This document shows, in pieces, positions 29,286 through 41,889 of a stretch of 64,000 bases of DNA. Within the stretch, counting starts at the first letter, position 1. Each line of letters starts with the position of its first letter. The stretch comes from the human T2T-CHM13v2.0 reference genome, Homo sapiens: the NCBI RefSeq assembly GCF_009914755.1, contig NC_060932.1. One strand, given 5' to 3'. The notes under the pieces were generated by a model. The model saw nothing but the letters and a program-made list of their open reading frames with translations. It did no database searches and was not told where the DNA came from. Both the position numbers and the translations under genes were made by a program.

Positions 29286-30280
29286 TTTTGGGGGACCTGC
29301 CCCAAAAATCACATAGGTTCTTTTCTATTTTCCTAAGCATCAGCTGGCTTGAGAAATAAAGGGACAGAGTACAAAAGAGAGAAATTTTAAAACTGGACGT
29401 CCAGGGGAGACATCACACGTTGGTAGGATAGGTGTGGGTGACAGACATCAAGTACTTAACAGGGTAATAGAATATCACAAGGCCAGTGGAGGCAGGGTGA
29501 GATCACAGGACCACAGTACCAAGGCAAAATTAAAATTGCTAATGAAGTTTCGGGCACCATTGTCATTGATAACATCTTATCAGGAGACAGGGTTTTGAGA
29601 TCAACCGGTCTGACCAAAATTTATTAGGCAGGAATTTCCTCTTCCTAATAAGCCTGGGAGCGCTATGGGAGACCGGAGTCTATCTCACCTCTGCAATCTC
29701 GACCATAAAAGACAGGTACGCCCCGGGGCGGCCAGTCCCGAGACCTACCCATAGGTGCGCATTCTCTTTCTCAGGGATATTCCATGCTGAGAAAAAGAAT
29801 TCAGCGATATTTCTCCCATTTGCTTTTGAAAGAAGAGAAATATGGCTCTGTTCTGCCCGGCTCACCGGCAGTCAGAGTTTAAGGTTATCTCTCTTATTCC
29901 CTGAACAATTGCTGTTATCCTGTTCTTTTTCCAAGGGGCTCAGATTTCATATTACACAAACACACATGCTGTACAATTTGTGCAGTTAACGCAAATATCA
30001 CATAGTCCTGAGGCGACATACATCCTCCTCGGCTGACAGGATTAAGAGATTAAAATAAAGACAGGCATAGGAAATCACAAGGGTATTGATTGGGGAAGTG
30101 ATAAGTGTCCATGAAATCTTTACAATTTACGTTTAGAGATTGCAGTAAAGACAGGCATAATAAATTACAAAAGTATTAATTTGGGGAACTAATAAATGTC
30201 CATAAAATCTTCACAATCCATGTTCTTCTGTCATGGCTTCAGCCAGTCCCTCCATTTGGGGTCCCTGACTTCCTGCAACA
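29286..30280 (-). mobile_element. MER11 solo LTR (HERV-K11/HML-8 family)
   Basis: Minus-strand start TGTTGCAGGAAGTCAGGGACCCC; ~995 bp; 6-bp TSD AGGTAT at 29280-29285 and 30281-30286. Confidence 0.88.
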
Positions 30281-30347
30281 AGGTATGGTAAAAACAAATA
30301 GGTAATTTGTTATGCGGTAGTCTCAGAAATAAGATATGCAAGCTTAG

Positions 30348-30650
<303 letters not shown>

Positions 30651-31265
30651 TTATGAATGTTGTATAAATTGCTACTATTTATTTAGTTGCTACATCCCTA
30701 TCATTCACAGGGACTATATAAGGTGTTTTCCATAAATTATCACTAATTCTTATAATCACGCAGCCTGATATAATCACTATTTCCAGAACAGCAAACTAAA
30801 GCTTAAAGAAGGGATGTGACTTGCCCAAGAACACACATCTGTGAAGTCATGGAAGAGGGATTTGCACTCTGGTGTTGAAAGGCCACACTCTTTCCATTAT
30901 ATCATGCTGTCCTTGTTCTATGTGCAAAATTATCAAATTTATTCACTAATATCTATTCATTTTATTTCTGTAAAATGACCAATATCTACTCTTGGGATTC
31001 TTGTGAGAATTAAATGTCATAAATCACATAATGCACATAAAGCACTTATCACCAATTGAACATATGGCAAATGCTCCATAAATGTTAGTTTTTGTTATGT
31101 ATTTTGTTGGCCAGGTGCCAGGAAATGGACAAGGTGCTGGGGAAACAGGTAAATAAGATGCTGTCTCTTTTCTCCAAGGGCTTATAATTAGGCATAGGAG
31201 AGGTGAGGTAGGATACATTTTAGACATAATTCTACTATAGTGTGATAAATGCACCAGCAGATACG

Positions 31266-31520
31266 GAAAAGCAATTTGGTATAAAGGGTGGAGCTCTGAA
31301 GCTCTAGACCTACGTTTTAATTCTACCTAAACCACTTAATACCTGTGTGTAATAATCATGATGCATGACCTGTACTCATTTTAAGTGATGTTCCCTCACC
31401 TGCATGACAAGAACAACAGTACCTAGAAGACAACAATAGAACATCATGCTCTAGGGTTGTTTACCTTCAAATCTGGGCTCCCTCATTCACATGTAAGGCT
31501 ATGTGGCTTTACATAAGTTG
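31266..31520 (-). repeat. Right arm of 255-bp inverted duplication
   Basis: Reverse complement of 28699-28953. Confidence 0.96.
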
Positions 31521-31802
31521 AGTTGGTCTCAGATGGAGATGAGGAACTTGTTGGATATTGGAGTAAAGGTCACTATTGCTATGCAAAGAGACTGGAGGCA
31601 TTTTGCCCCTGCCCTAGAGATGTGTGGAATTTTGAACTTGAGAGAGATGATTTAGAGTATCTGGTGAAGGGAATTTCTAAGTGGCAAAGTGTTCAAGAGG
31701 AAGGAGAGCATAAAAGTTTGGGAAATTTGCAGCCTGATGATGCAATAGAAAAGAAAACCTCATTTTCTGGGGAGAAATTCAAGCTTGCTGCAGAGATTTG
31801 CA
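31521..31802 (+). mobile_element. MaLR internal-region fragment (THE1/MST-int-like) without LTRs
   Basis: GGTCTCAGATGGAGATGAGGAACTTGTTGG...GCATTTTGCCCCTGCCCTAGAGAT..GAACTTGAGAGAGATGATTTAG motifs. Confidence 0.8.
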
Positions 31803-33830
31803 GGGAGATTAAAGAGGCTATTACATCTATAAAACAAGAATAGGCTGCCATTAAAAAATGAGCAACTAAAGAACAAGTTTTTAGAAGTTAGAAACATAAT
31901 CTTTTAAAAAAGGGTAAAAAAGTAGAATGAATATAGCTGAAGACTAAATTAGTGATCTGCAAATAAAGTCAAGGAATTCTCCCAGAACATAGATCAAAAA
32001 GACAAGGAGGGCTGGGTGTGGTGGCTCACACCGGCAATCTCAGTACTTTGGGAGGCCAAGGGGAGTAGGATTGCTTGAGGCCAGGAATTTGAGACCAGCT
32101 TGGGTAGTATAGCAAGACTCTGTCTCTACAAAAAAATTAAAAAAAAAAAAAACTCCGTACAGTGACATGTGCCTGTAGTTGCAGTTACTCTGAAAGCTAA
32201 GGCAGGAGGATTGCTTGAGCCAGGAGTTCAAGGCTGCAGTGAGCTGTGATTGTACCACTGCATCCAGCCCGAGTGACAGAGTGATACCCTGTGTCAAAAC
32301 AAAAAAATATATAGGACAAAGCCAAAGAATACAATGTTCATCTTATATTATAGGCATTTCAAAAGAGAGAAAACAGAATGTTTTCAGGGTGTGTGTGTAA
32401 TTGTATATATAATTAAATAAAAAAATACAAATTTCAGAAGATAGTAGACAGAAATACAGAGGAGAAAAGAGTGATAAAAGAAATAATAGGATACAATTTT
32501 TTCAAGCTGAGGGAAGATTTGAGCCTTCAGACCGAAAATACTCACCGAATGCTCAGTTGGAAAAAGCAAAAAACAAAAGATACATACCTAGATGCATACC
32601 AGTTAAATTTCCTAACTCCAAAGTGTAAAAGAAAGTCTTTAACATTTTTGGAGAGGAAACAAGAAAAGAGATTATTTGCAAAGGGATGAGGATAATTTTA
32701 TTATCAAACTTTTTAAAAAGTTAGCTATTAAAAGATAATCTTTTGAAATATTTTGAACCTAGCATTCTGTAAAAATCCAAACTGCCACTCAAGTTTGAGG
32801 CAAAATAAAGACATATTCAGACTTATAGGCATTCAAATAATTTATATCAATGCACCTTTTCTGGAAAATATAATACTGTAAAGTTTTACTCCAGTAAAAT
32901 AAAGAAGCAATCCAAGAAAGAGGACAATATAGAATACAAGAAGCAATAGTAAGAAATTTATAAATGATTGCTAGAATTGTGTCTATGAAGCTTATGATTG
33001 TTAAAATTGTGTCTATGAAGCTTAGGGCAATTGTTAAGAAAGATTTCCTTAAAATTGGAAAGTATAATAAAAAAACTCTATGAATCATCAGGAACTAATA
33101 AAATTGCAGATGATTTCAATCAAACCTTTCAGGGTTTGGAGTGGGAAGGGAATCTTATTTGGGAACAATAAATTATAGATACTGATTAATTTCCTTTCAA
33201 CATAGAAGAAAACTTGTTTAATTATATGTGTCTTAAGGGTATCCATTAAGAGAATAAATTCAGTATATACAATTGCCCAACAATTAAAGGGAAAAAATGA
33301 ACAAAGACAATTTAATCGATCTACATAAAGACAAGAAAGCAGAAAGAGAACAAAAAGCATAACAAACAGAAAACACAAAAAAGATGACAATAAAGAAACA
33401 GTATTGATAGCATAGCAGTTACTACAATAAATGAGACTGAGTGAAAATCTTACATTAAGTAACAGAGACTATCTAAATGGGTCAAAAACAATCATAAAAA
33501 CTAAACACTCATGTAGCGAAATATAGGTGTCTTTAATATGTATATAAAAATAGAATAAAACAATGTTGAAATAGTGGTCTATGTAAAAATTTTTAGAGAC
33601 AAATTGTAATAAAAAACTGGCATATTAACTTAATATAAAACAAAATGGAATTCAAAGCAAAAAAGAATGAATGGGATAGAGAGTAATACTTGATTACAAT
33701 AAAATCCACCAAGAAAGTATAATGGCTGAGTCTTTGTGCACCATGGAAAAAGCACTGGAATGAATCAATCAAATTTGTTGCAATTACAAGAAGAAATGGA
33801 CGAAAACAGTTAGAAGAGAGACTTCTCTCC
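31803..33830 (+). mobile_element. Highly decayed ancient L1M (ORF1/ORF2 remnants)
   Basis: A-rich; ORF1-like remnant (IIGYNFFKLREDLSLQ resembles IIQENFPNL); interrupted by Alu. Confidence 0.55.
32010..32307 (+). mobile_element. AluJ
   Basis: GGATTGCTTGAGGCCAGGA / GAGTTCAAGGCTGCAGTGAGC J-type diagnostics. Confidence 0.9.
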
Positions 33831-34755
33831 AAAATCTCTGTTGTGATAACTTACCTGCTTTACTTTGAAACCTTAAAACCATTTGAGTTCTTTTGCCAAT
33901 TCCATTTAATTATCACTTATTTTCGTATTAACATTCTGCTGCTGCTCTTTTCCTGCTCTCTCCCTAAATGCATTATCAAAACAGATATTTTAGGGCTTTT
34001 TTTGGTTGCCTTCCAAGGTGCCACAGTCAAGAGGGCTCTACTTGTTTGGTGGTTTTAGAGTGAGGCAAGTTAGGTTATCTTGTTAAAATGTTAATGGGAA
34101 GATTATTTGGTTATCATTTCTCTGAAGGCCCTGCTCTTTTCTCTCACCATTGTGCCATCTAATCCTTGAATACAACTCTGGCAGTGCTGAATTCATGGAT
34201 GCTCACGGTTAGATGTAACCTCAATAGCCATCTCAAAATCATTTCAGACCAAGACATACAGCTCAGTATTCTGAGTTCTTATTGCAGCTACCACTAACTG
34301 TCTGCCTTTAAGCAAGTCACTTCACTTCTCTGGTCTCAATGAACTTGCCTTTAAGAAAATGGGGCTAGAATCAAAGGCCATTAAGGTCTTTACGTTCTCT
34401 AATGGTTTACTTTTCTATTGTATGATTTTTACTCATATTTTTATCTATCCTTTTCTAAAATCTGACATTGACAAAACATTTCTTTGGCATATGTTTTGGA
34501 ATAGGAAAACTGACTTTCCATCTGCTTATACTTGCCAGATCTTTGGAAGAAAAGAATAATAAAATGTTGGAGACGGTACTAGTTGGTATAGGTAATTGAG
34601 AGGACAATATGAGTTGTTTATTTCTCAGGTTTATTTTGGTATACTCGTTGTCCTTAGTTATCAGAAGGTCTAAGTCCATAGTGGTGCTGAGCAAACATCT
34701 CTTGATTTAGTGTCTCTTTCTCTTTCCTAATAAATGTGGCTTCTCTCTTATTTAG

Positions 34756-34933
34756 CTGCATTACAGGCACTAAAGAGAAAGAAGAGGTTCGAGAAACAGC
34801 TCACTCAGATTGATGGCACACTTTCTACCATTGAGTTCCAGAGAGAAGCCCTGGAGAACTCACACACCAACACTGAGGTGTTGAGGAACATGGGCTTTGC
34901 AGCAAAAGCGATGAAATCTGTTCATGAAAACAT
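34756..34933 (+). CDS. CHMP4C: CHMP4C coding exon 2
   Basis: TTTAG|CT acceptor; AALQALKRKKRFEKQLTQIDGTLSTIEFQREALENSHTNTEVLRNMGFAAKAMKSVHENM; 178 nt; donor AT|GTGACT. Confidence 0.97.
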
Positions 34934-37057
34934 GTGACTCTGGTCTCCCTCTGAATCATAAATTCCCTCAGTGTTGGGAAGAACCTTTGGAACCATATGA
35001 TGGTTTTGGCAGGAATGGGTTTACTCATTTGAGGCTCTTTGACATGTTGAATAAAATACTGTCTCAGAGAAAGATTAAAGGTTATAGCAACAACAACAAA
35101 AAAGACCATGAAAAAAGAAAGGGCATTCATTTTTCCTGTAATGTTTCCCCATTACTTTATGATTGCTGGAAACTGTACCTGTAAATATTTTAATTCTACA
35201 GTTTAAAAAAGGCTTCGATTTCAACCTGTGTGAGGGTGTTGGATTTATAGGATAGTGGCTGTCAAACTTTGGAGGGAATCAGAATCACCTGGAGAATAAA
35301 TAAAGAGAACACAGATGCCCAGGCTACTTGAACTTGCAAAGTGTTTGGGTCCATGTGATTCCGATGCTAACCAATGTCTGAGAACCACTGACACAGAAGA
35401 ATAGTCATGAGCATGGATTTGGGGGTCAAATTTTCTGGGCTATAATCCCAGGTCAACTGCTGACTATCCCTTGGGCAATTTATTATACTTTATTCAGTTT
35501 CCTTATATGTAAATTAGAGATTATAATAGTACTTACTTACCTCGTGGTTATTGTGAGATTCAATGAGATACTAGATATAATGCACTTAGTATAGTTCCTG
35601 GCACAAAGTGAGCACTCAATAATTAATATTCACAATTTGCTTTACATTCACACTGGGAAATATGTCTGGGACCGGATCCTTTCCTGATATTGGATGTGAT
35701 AGTGGAACCTGGGGCAAGGATGCACAAGAGCAATGAGTGCCTAAGAGATGCAGACAAATTTCTGTAGAGTGGGAAAAGGTGAAAAAGGTGGTGGCTGGGG
35801 GCAGTGAAGACAACTTTGCTAACATTTTCTTTTCTGAATAATTCATTAACAATCAGCCTCCATTTTGACAGCTTCAGGTAGACATTAGATTCATTATCAG
35901 AGTCAAAATTCTCTATTGCTTTTGGATACAAAAATGTGTCACAAAATCAGCCTTTCCCTCCAGGCAGCTTGGCAGCATCATACCATTGTATTACATTTGA
36001 GAAAAATTTGTTCCCAGGCCCAAAGTTGAGCCATACATTTTTTCATATTCCTTTTAAAAATATATTTGTTTTATATTCAGTATAAATAGAATAATAAGGT
36101 TTAAAGATAAGGGATGGTCAGAGGGAGGTAAAAGTATTCTTTTTGATTATTGCATGAAAATATGTCAAAATAGCTCTTACAGAGTCAGGGAAACTCACAA
36201 AAAAATTACTTCCACTGGGAATCAAACTTTTGGTATTTAGGCTACTTAATAATGAGGGACATTGTCAGTTCTCTTATATCCAATCAGTTTGGCCTAGTTT
36301 CAGAGTTGGAGGAATTACTCAGAGATAAGCTACTATAGAAACATACCAGAACCTGGCATGTAGACACCGACATGCTTAGGCGGGTGTTTAGGAGCCAGTG
36401 AAGCTCAGGTGTTGGAAAATGTCTTCAAAGTGGCTGTCCATCCTGAGCAAGTGGCTACCTAGATTTATTTGCTGCAGTTGCTAATTCTTCTGAGGGCTGT
36501 ATAGGTTTAATCCTGCTCTCTTTAGTAACCTCTCAGGGCATCACCGCTATGCAAAAACCCTTGGGGAGCCAGGATTTCAGAGCTGCTAAGTGTTACAAAA
36601 AATAGATCTCTAGACCCAGTGTTTAGCTTCAACAAAGGGCCGCTGTCAGATAGGGGCTCCTAAAAGCTGCCAAAGCTCATCTAGTTACAGTGGTCCTGGT
36701 GGTCTGTGGTAGTGTTTCCTGCAGAGTTGATACACAGCAGCATGTATTTAAATTTGTCATATGCCCTATCAGGCAAAATTTCAAAATGGGTTTACAAATA
36801 GTGATAGTTATAAAATACTTTTATTTTTAGTGAGTTCCAAATGTAATAGGTATTTACTTAATGTTTATAATATATGGATTATTAAGTTTTTAAAATATAA
36901 GTTATCTTTAAAGTTTATAAATATCATCAGGAATATTTATCCTACTCAAATAACTAAGAATTTATATTAAATGAACTGACTTTTTATATAGGATTATATC
37001 TAAATTCATAATTATAAGTTAAAATTCTAAAATGTTCAACAAAATATGATTTCCCAG

Positions 37058-37172
37058 GGATCTGAACAAAATAGATGATTTGATGCAAGAGATCACAGAG
37101 CAACAGGATATCGCCCAAGAAATCTCAGAAGCATTTTCTCAACGGGTTGGCTTTGGTGATGACTTTGATGAG
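37058..37172 (+). CDS. CHMP4C: CHMP4C coding exon 3
   Basis: CCCAG|G; DLNKIDDLMQEITEQQDIAQEISEAFSQRVGFGDDFDE; 115 nt; donor GAG|GTACGT. Confidence 0.97.
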
Positions 37173-37899
37173 GTACGTAACCCAATATGAAGAATGCAGG
37201 ATTGTGGCTGCTATAAAGAGTAGCTTCCTGTCATATATAGTAGGCATGTTCCCTTACTACTGAAAGAACAAGTGATATTTGTAAGAAAGGTACTTCTCTT
37301 AAGAGAAAAATAAAGTGTTAGTACCTCTGATTTAAAGGAAAGATGAATACAGTTTGGCAAACAGTGGCCTGATTAAGTTTTCAGCTATTAAGGAAAGAAC
37401 AGCATGTGATTGTGTAAAGTTAGTGACTTTTAGTGGTTGAAGCCTAAACAGCCCCATTACGAGGAACTGAGTGCTTGCACATCTGGGCAAAACAAAGTAG
37501 ACTTCGTCATTCTGCATGAAACAGACGTATCATGCTCTGTAGCTGTTAAATTAGAGGTTAGGCTGCCTCTGTTTATTACTCAGGCTATGAAACCAAATAA
37601 ATGTGGAGTGGCATTATTAACACACACATTCCATTTAGATTAATCAGTCCAATAATACAGACAGACTATAATTATAATGGTGATGTCTGCACTGTGAATT
37701 TCAATTGTTCTGCTCAAAGCACACACAAGTAGGACTAGTACACATTTAGAAACATTTCCAAAGCTTGGATTAGCATGGCAAAGAATCCAACTTCCTGCAT
37801 CTATGTGATATTAAAAATAACACATTTAGCAAGTAAGACCTGGTTCCATGGAATCCCCAAAAATGAGAATGGGGTATCAATACCTTTTAAAAATGGTGT

Positions 37900-38110
37900 A
37901 GACAAGGGGTCAGCAAAAATATGGCTTGCAGGCCAAATTCTTCCCGTGACCTGTTTGTATATCCCAAAAGCTCAGGATGGGTTTCACAATTTTAATGTTG
38001 TAGAAAACAATAACAACAAAGGAGACTATGGGGCAGAAGAAAACATGCAGCCTGCAAATCCTGCAATATTACTATTTGGGCCTTTACAGAGAAAGTTTTT
38101 CAACTCCTGA
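37900..38110. mobile_element. MER58A-like DNA transposon
   Basis: CAAGGGGTCAGCAAA...GGCCAAAT...TACTATTTGGGCCTTTACAGAGAAAGTTT..AACTCCTG. Confidence 0.65.
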
Positions 38111-39829
38111 TGTAGACTAGTAAGCATCTAATGAGTACATTATGATATGGTGGAAAGGAATCTGGGCTTATGTGGACATCTGGGCTCTATCATTTGTTAA
38201 AAACTTTGTGTAAATCTCTTTTACTTTTCTGACTGTTAGTTTTCTTATCTGTGATAATGAAGATTTTTGGGTCCCTGGATTATCTCCAAAACATCTTAAG
38301 TTCCAAAATTCTATTCTCAATGGTCAAATTAGTGTTTGGTACCTAAAGGATGAAAATGATGGAGGAGATGATTACTCTGTTGTTACCATATTGCTAAAGA
38401 AAACATTAATATGTTTCTGCTGCTGTTGATAACGATGATGCACTATTGGCAATTGTGGGCATACATTCGGCATAGGATAGCTTGTTCTGCCATTACTATA
38501 TTTATGGTATTTGTCCCTGATTGTTTTGTGAGCAGAAATAGGACGCCAGGGTATTCATTCTGTTCCATTTTAGTCATATAGCCTGTGGAGATCCATCAAG
38601 TACACAACTATATTGACTGTGCTATTTCATACGGCCCAATGCTATACACCTTCATATTTTCTTCCCTTTTTATGAGGCGAATTTAATAGAGGTCAGACAA
38701 TCTTTAGCTTGCTGCAATTCTGATACCCACTGACTTAATCAAATGTTGTGGTTGGCTTAAATATCTTCTCTCTTTCCCCACAGTGTTATTACTCTCACTT
38801 TAATATTGGATAATTATTTGTTTATGTGCCTTCCCCCCACATTTGAGTGTAAGCTCCTTGAATATAGGGAGTGTTGATTCAACTTTGCATCCCAGCACTG
38901 AGTTCAAAATCTGCCCAGGAGTGAGTGCTCAATGAATTTGTTGAATAATGAATGAATGAATTCTCTCATTCGTTATTCATCCATGAAAGAAAAATCTACT
39001 TGGTTGAATATAAGGTGTCCCAAGTCATTTCTAATAGTGACAACCTCATAATTCCATCAATGACAAGTTCAGTTGTGACTCCCAAATTCTCTCTGAGAGG
39101 GGTTGGACTCTACTTCAGGACTTATGGAGCCAGTGAGATCTGAACTATCTGAGTCATCTCAGAATTGGCATAAGGTGACTTACATTTTTAAGGTCTCAAA
39201 CTAGCCTTGTCTCTCAAAAGTTTTTGGGACAGAGAGTAGTTTAAGATTAAACCAGGCTCTCTCGGACTATTGCTAAAAGAAGGAAATACAGTATACCTAT
39301 CTTGAATTGAACTTTTCTTAACCCAAATGCACAGCATAATTTATATTGGCTTTGGTGATTTGATAAAAGAACCATAGTATCTTTAATTCCTTTTACTTTC
39401 TGTACGTTATGGTTTTGCTATACCTGTTGTTTTATTTTCAATCGCATTAGCCCAAAGAAAAACATTTATTTCCACCAGTTAACATTTTGTGGATTCTAAA
39501 CAGTAGAAAAGAACACATTGGAAAGATGACAGACAAGGTGTAAGTTTCCCAGAAACTGTGGGGAGGTTATATATTCAGCTAGCACAAATTACTTGAATGG
39601 CTGTTTACTGAAGTATTAGAAGATTAACTACAACAAATTTGCACAACCCAGAATATTCATTTTTTAATCATTGCTCAGTGTTGCAAAAAAGACTTAGTTT
39701 TAAAATAAATATTCCATTTCACTGGGTTCTCACATATCAATTGGGTAGCAGATGTTCTTGTTATTGTGTTTGAGGAAACCCATGTCTTGAAACGTTAACT
39801 CCATAATTCTTCCTTTCTCCTGTGTTCAG

Positions 39830-39983
39830 GATGAGTTGATGGCAGAACTTGAAGAATTGGAACAGGAGGAATTAAATAAGAAGATGACAAATATCCGCCT
39901 TCCAAATGTGCCTTCCTCTTCTCTCCCAGCACAGCCAAATAGAAAACCAGGCATGTCGTCCACTGCACGTCGATCCCGAGCAG
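39830..39983 (+). CDS. CHMP4C: CHMP4C coding exon 4 (includes Aurora B site S210)
   Basis: TTCAG|GAT; DELMAELEELEQEELNKKMTNIRLPNVPSSSLPAQPNRKPGMSSTARRSRA; 154 nt; S210 codon TCC at 39974-39976; donor CAG|GTCTGT. Confidence 0.97.
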
Positions 39984-40167
39984 GTCTGTTACCCAGCTCA
40001 ACTACATGTGGTCAGATAGTTGCCTAAAATGATAGCCAGGCCCATTCTTTTTAGCACATGTTTTTGATTTCAAACTGAACACATTTTTATATGTAATTCA
40101 TACCTGTTTTCTATGCTGAAAGTGTGAATGTCACCAATTACTAATTTTTATCTATTTTATGTTCCAG

Positions 40168-40232
40168 CATCTTCCCAGAGGGCAGAAGAAGAGGATGATG
40201 ATATCAAACAATTGGCAGCTTGGACTACCTAA
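40168..40232 (+). CDS. CHMP4C: CHMP4C coding exon 5 (ALIX-binding C-terminal helix); this allele ends ...KQLAAWTT*
   Basis: TTCCAG|CA; 65 nt to TAA; exon lengths sum to 702 nt = 233 aa + stop. Confidence 0.97.
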
Positions 40233-40261
40233 ACTAAAACACATTTTTGATACCTAAATTA

Positions 40262-40707
<446 letters not shown>

Positions 40708-41178
40708 TACATTTAGTATAGCGGGGGGTGGGGGGGAGAAATAATGTTATTTCCTATGCGAATGACGTGTATCCCTGTACCCATGGTAAATGTAAATATA
40801 CTGTGTCTCTTTTGGGAGAGCCTTTTAGTAGAGGAGTCTTATATGAGTCTCTACATAAGTAGTTTCACTTGAGTTTTGCAGTTTGAAATCTTAAAGGAGC
40901 TTTAATTGACATTTATTATACCAATTAAGCTTGGAATGGGGCAATGGATGCATTTCCCAAAACGTGTGAAAGCACTAACAGCTTATATTGCTGAATGAGA
41001 ATCTCCTGGGTGTAATTTAGCCACTTAGGGAACTGCGTGAACACTCCCAGGCCATTATGATGCTGTTACAGCTTCAGTGTATAAATGCATGAGTATTCTT
41101 TCTGTTCTGTTTTGTGCTCTCTTGTACATTTATTTACCCTTTACAGAATATTTCTTGTAAATACATAAAAAATTGGCA

Positions 41179-41201
41179 ATTAAAAGTACATCTTGAATAA
41201 A
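41179..41201 (+). terminator. CHMP4C: Candidate CHMP4C polyadenylation signals ATTAAA (41179) and AATAAA (41196)
   Basis: Hexamers about 0.95 kb after the stop, preceded by TGTA motifs and followed by T-rich sequence. Confidence 0.65.
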
Positions 41202-41889
41202 ATGTTGGCCGTTATTATTTTTAAATGAAAATAAATTACAAAATTACGTATTACCCATAATAGATCATGGACCATCAAATGACAAATATCATTTAATAAG
41301 ATATTTTAGTATTCTCTACATTTGCTTACCAACATGGTGGAATGGAAAGAGCACTAGACCCGATGGTAGGAGTCCTGGGTTTTAGTCCCTGCTCTGACAC
41401 TAACATGAGCCTTAGACTCTCTGAGCCTTTGTTTCTTCACTGGCAAACTTAAGGATTGGACTGGATGATTTCTAATGATTCCTTCCTGCCACAGGCCTTT
41501 TGCACATTCTGTTCTCCTTGGCAGTCTTCCTACCCTGCACAGTGCAGGTACCAATCTTATTTATTCCTTAAATCTTAGTTAAAAATGTCCTTGTTTTCGG
41601 AAACTTTGCTTGATTGCCCAAAGTCAGTTTTTCCCTTATATGCTGTTGCAGTGCTCTACCTTCTGTCATTTCTTTTCATGGTTTATATTACATATTTACT
41701 TGAACAAATCTTTAATTATTGTTGCTCTTCCCTGCTGAGCTGTGCTAGCCACGAGGGCAGGGACTGCATTTCTTTTAGTTCAATAGTTGATTCACAGCAT
41801 TCTGCACTTTCTCATGAGCAGGCAATCAGTCAGTATTTATTAAATGAATGGCAATTAACAGTTTATATCTTTTGGGCCATGATAGAATA

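Noticed and set aside
31523-31843. 106-aa ORF MVSDGDEELVGYWSKG...
   Set aside because: Remnant of the MaLR internal ORF running into L1 sequence; no ATG start or splice support.
32964-33023. 2 x 30-bp tandem repeat (2 mismatches)
   Set aside because: Ordinary slippage duplication in decayed L1; not an array. The same applies to 8513-8552 and about 17108-17138.
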